Below are positions 62,843 to 64,000 of a stretch of 64,000 bases of DNA, in pieces. This DNA is from Octopus bimaculoides. Lineage: Eukaryota. The notes beneath the pieces are model-generated. The model did not search any database. It was not told the origin of the DNA and worked only from the letters and a program-made list of their open reading frames with translations. The first letter of the stretch is position 1. Every line of letters starts with the position of its first letter. The translations under genes were made by a program, and so were the position numbers. Location of the stretch: positions 26,963,940 to 27,027,939 of the forward strand of contig NC_068985.1 of assembly GCF_001194135.2 (NCBI RefSeq), written 5' to 3'.

Positions 62843-63960
62843 AATTTTATTTCAAACTGATGACCGTTCTGTTCTAGGCACTCCTGGTAGCGCGAAACAA
62901 TGGAATCACAAATATCAAGAAACATTTCATTGGATATTTCTTCACATTCTTGTTCAATGGCTGCTCTCAATTCGTCGACTGCTATCAGCAATGTACCGTA
63001 AACTTTATCTTTTAAGTATCTCTATAAAAGTTAAGTGATGTGAGGTCCGGTAAATGCGGAGGATATTCTACTGAACGTCTTCGTTTAAACTACCTATTTG
63101 GCTAAATCTCATCAAGATAGGTCTTTACATTACTATTCCAGTGTGAGTGTGTCGTATCTTTCTGGAAATAAGCTCCACAGCTTCATAGTTTTCTTGAATA
63201 TTTCACACGACAGAATGTCACACACAGCAAGTTCAAGTAAATGATGCCAGTCACAGTACTGTCAAACAAAAATGGTTCAATTAATCCATCTGACGATAAG
63301 CCAATTAATTCATTTCACAATAAGCCTCACCATACTGTAACTCAGTAAATTAACATGATGTTCCTCAATAATACGCTGGTTCCTAGGTCACCAGTAGGTA
63401 CAATTATGGCGGCTAATTGAACCATTTAATCTAAATGTGGCCTCATCACTACAAACAATCTTTGTTGCAAAGTGTACATCTTCTACACATCTTACCAAAT
63501 ACCATTTGCAAAACCCCACTCTTCCGTCCGAACTATCTTCATTTAGAGCATGGACTATTCTTGGAATGTAACTTTTCCAATGACAGCGTTTCAACATGCG
63601 ATGAATGCTTGATTTTGAAATGCTTATCTCACAACTTGCTTACCTCACAGAATTTTTTCAACTCTGGTAATATGTTTCTAGTACCCTTTCTTGCTTTGTG
63701 AGGCTCGTCGATAGTTATGGTCTTCTAGAACGTTTCTTGTGGACATTGTGAACTTATCCCTAATTCGAGTGATGGTAAATCGTGCCGTTCGTGGTGTCTA
63801 TGCATTGAATGCGTTATTTTTGTTATGAAGCCTCTTTTGTAGTGATATGATCTGTTCAACTTTATCGGAGTGCAATTAGAAATTTATTGTGCCTGCTGTT
63901 ATGATTGTAATATGTTTCCTGAACAACTATGTTTGAAACTCCCTCCTAACCTACTTTTGC
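62843..63960 (-). mobile_element. Degenerate Tc1/mariner-superfamily transposase (rosa/DD41D-like by motif)
   Basis: [45 protein letters not shown] ... VEYPPHLPDLTSLNF..YLKDKVY..DELRAAIEQEC..CLEQNGHQFE. Many stops; the element may continue past the window end. Confidence 0.85.
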
Positions 63961-64000
63961 ACTTCGACTGCATTTTCAAACTACCTGGGGCACTTTAGGG

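Overview
AT-rich, repeat-dense animal genomic DNA from a draft assembly. It has 16 N-gaps totalling about 6.7 kb and very many (TA)n/(TG)n/(GATA)n/(CATA)n microsatellites. The repeat families look like those of a coleoid cephalopod, probably Octopus (inference from family recognition, not tested). No host protein-coding gene could be identified with confidence. Almost all ORFs in the track are microsatellite or gap artefacts, or transposon remnants. The window holds about 40 SINE copies or fragments from roughly 5 families, decayed LINEs (RTE, CR1/L2-like, L1/Tx1-like), a Penelope-like GIY-YIG fragment, a full-length but broken DD34D mariner, other Tc1/mariner remnants and several MITEs. The most interesting signal is a set of minimal type I hammerhead-ribozyme (HHR)-like motifs in 4-5 apparently unrelated repeats. 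One is nearly intact (10020-10061), and its ancestral active form can be rebuilt from flanking inverted copies. Two carry the compensatory U3-A8 core pair (41848-41889, just downstream of the GIY-YIG fragment, and 35866-35902, part of an apparent ~200-nt circularly permuted monomer). Two more are decayed. All have, or are one or two substitutions from, the short palindromic stem III typical of dimer-acting HHRs of Penelope-like elements and retrozymes. Several near-perfect fold-back hairpins and inverted SINE pairs are also present. All structures were inferred by eye; none were computed or searched.
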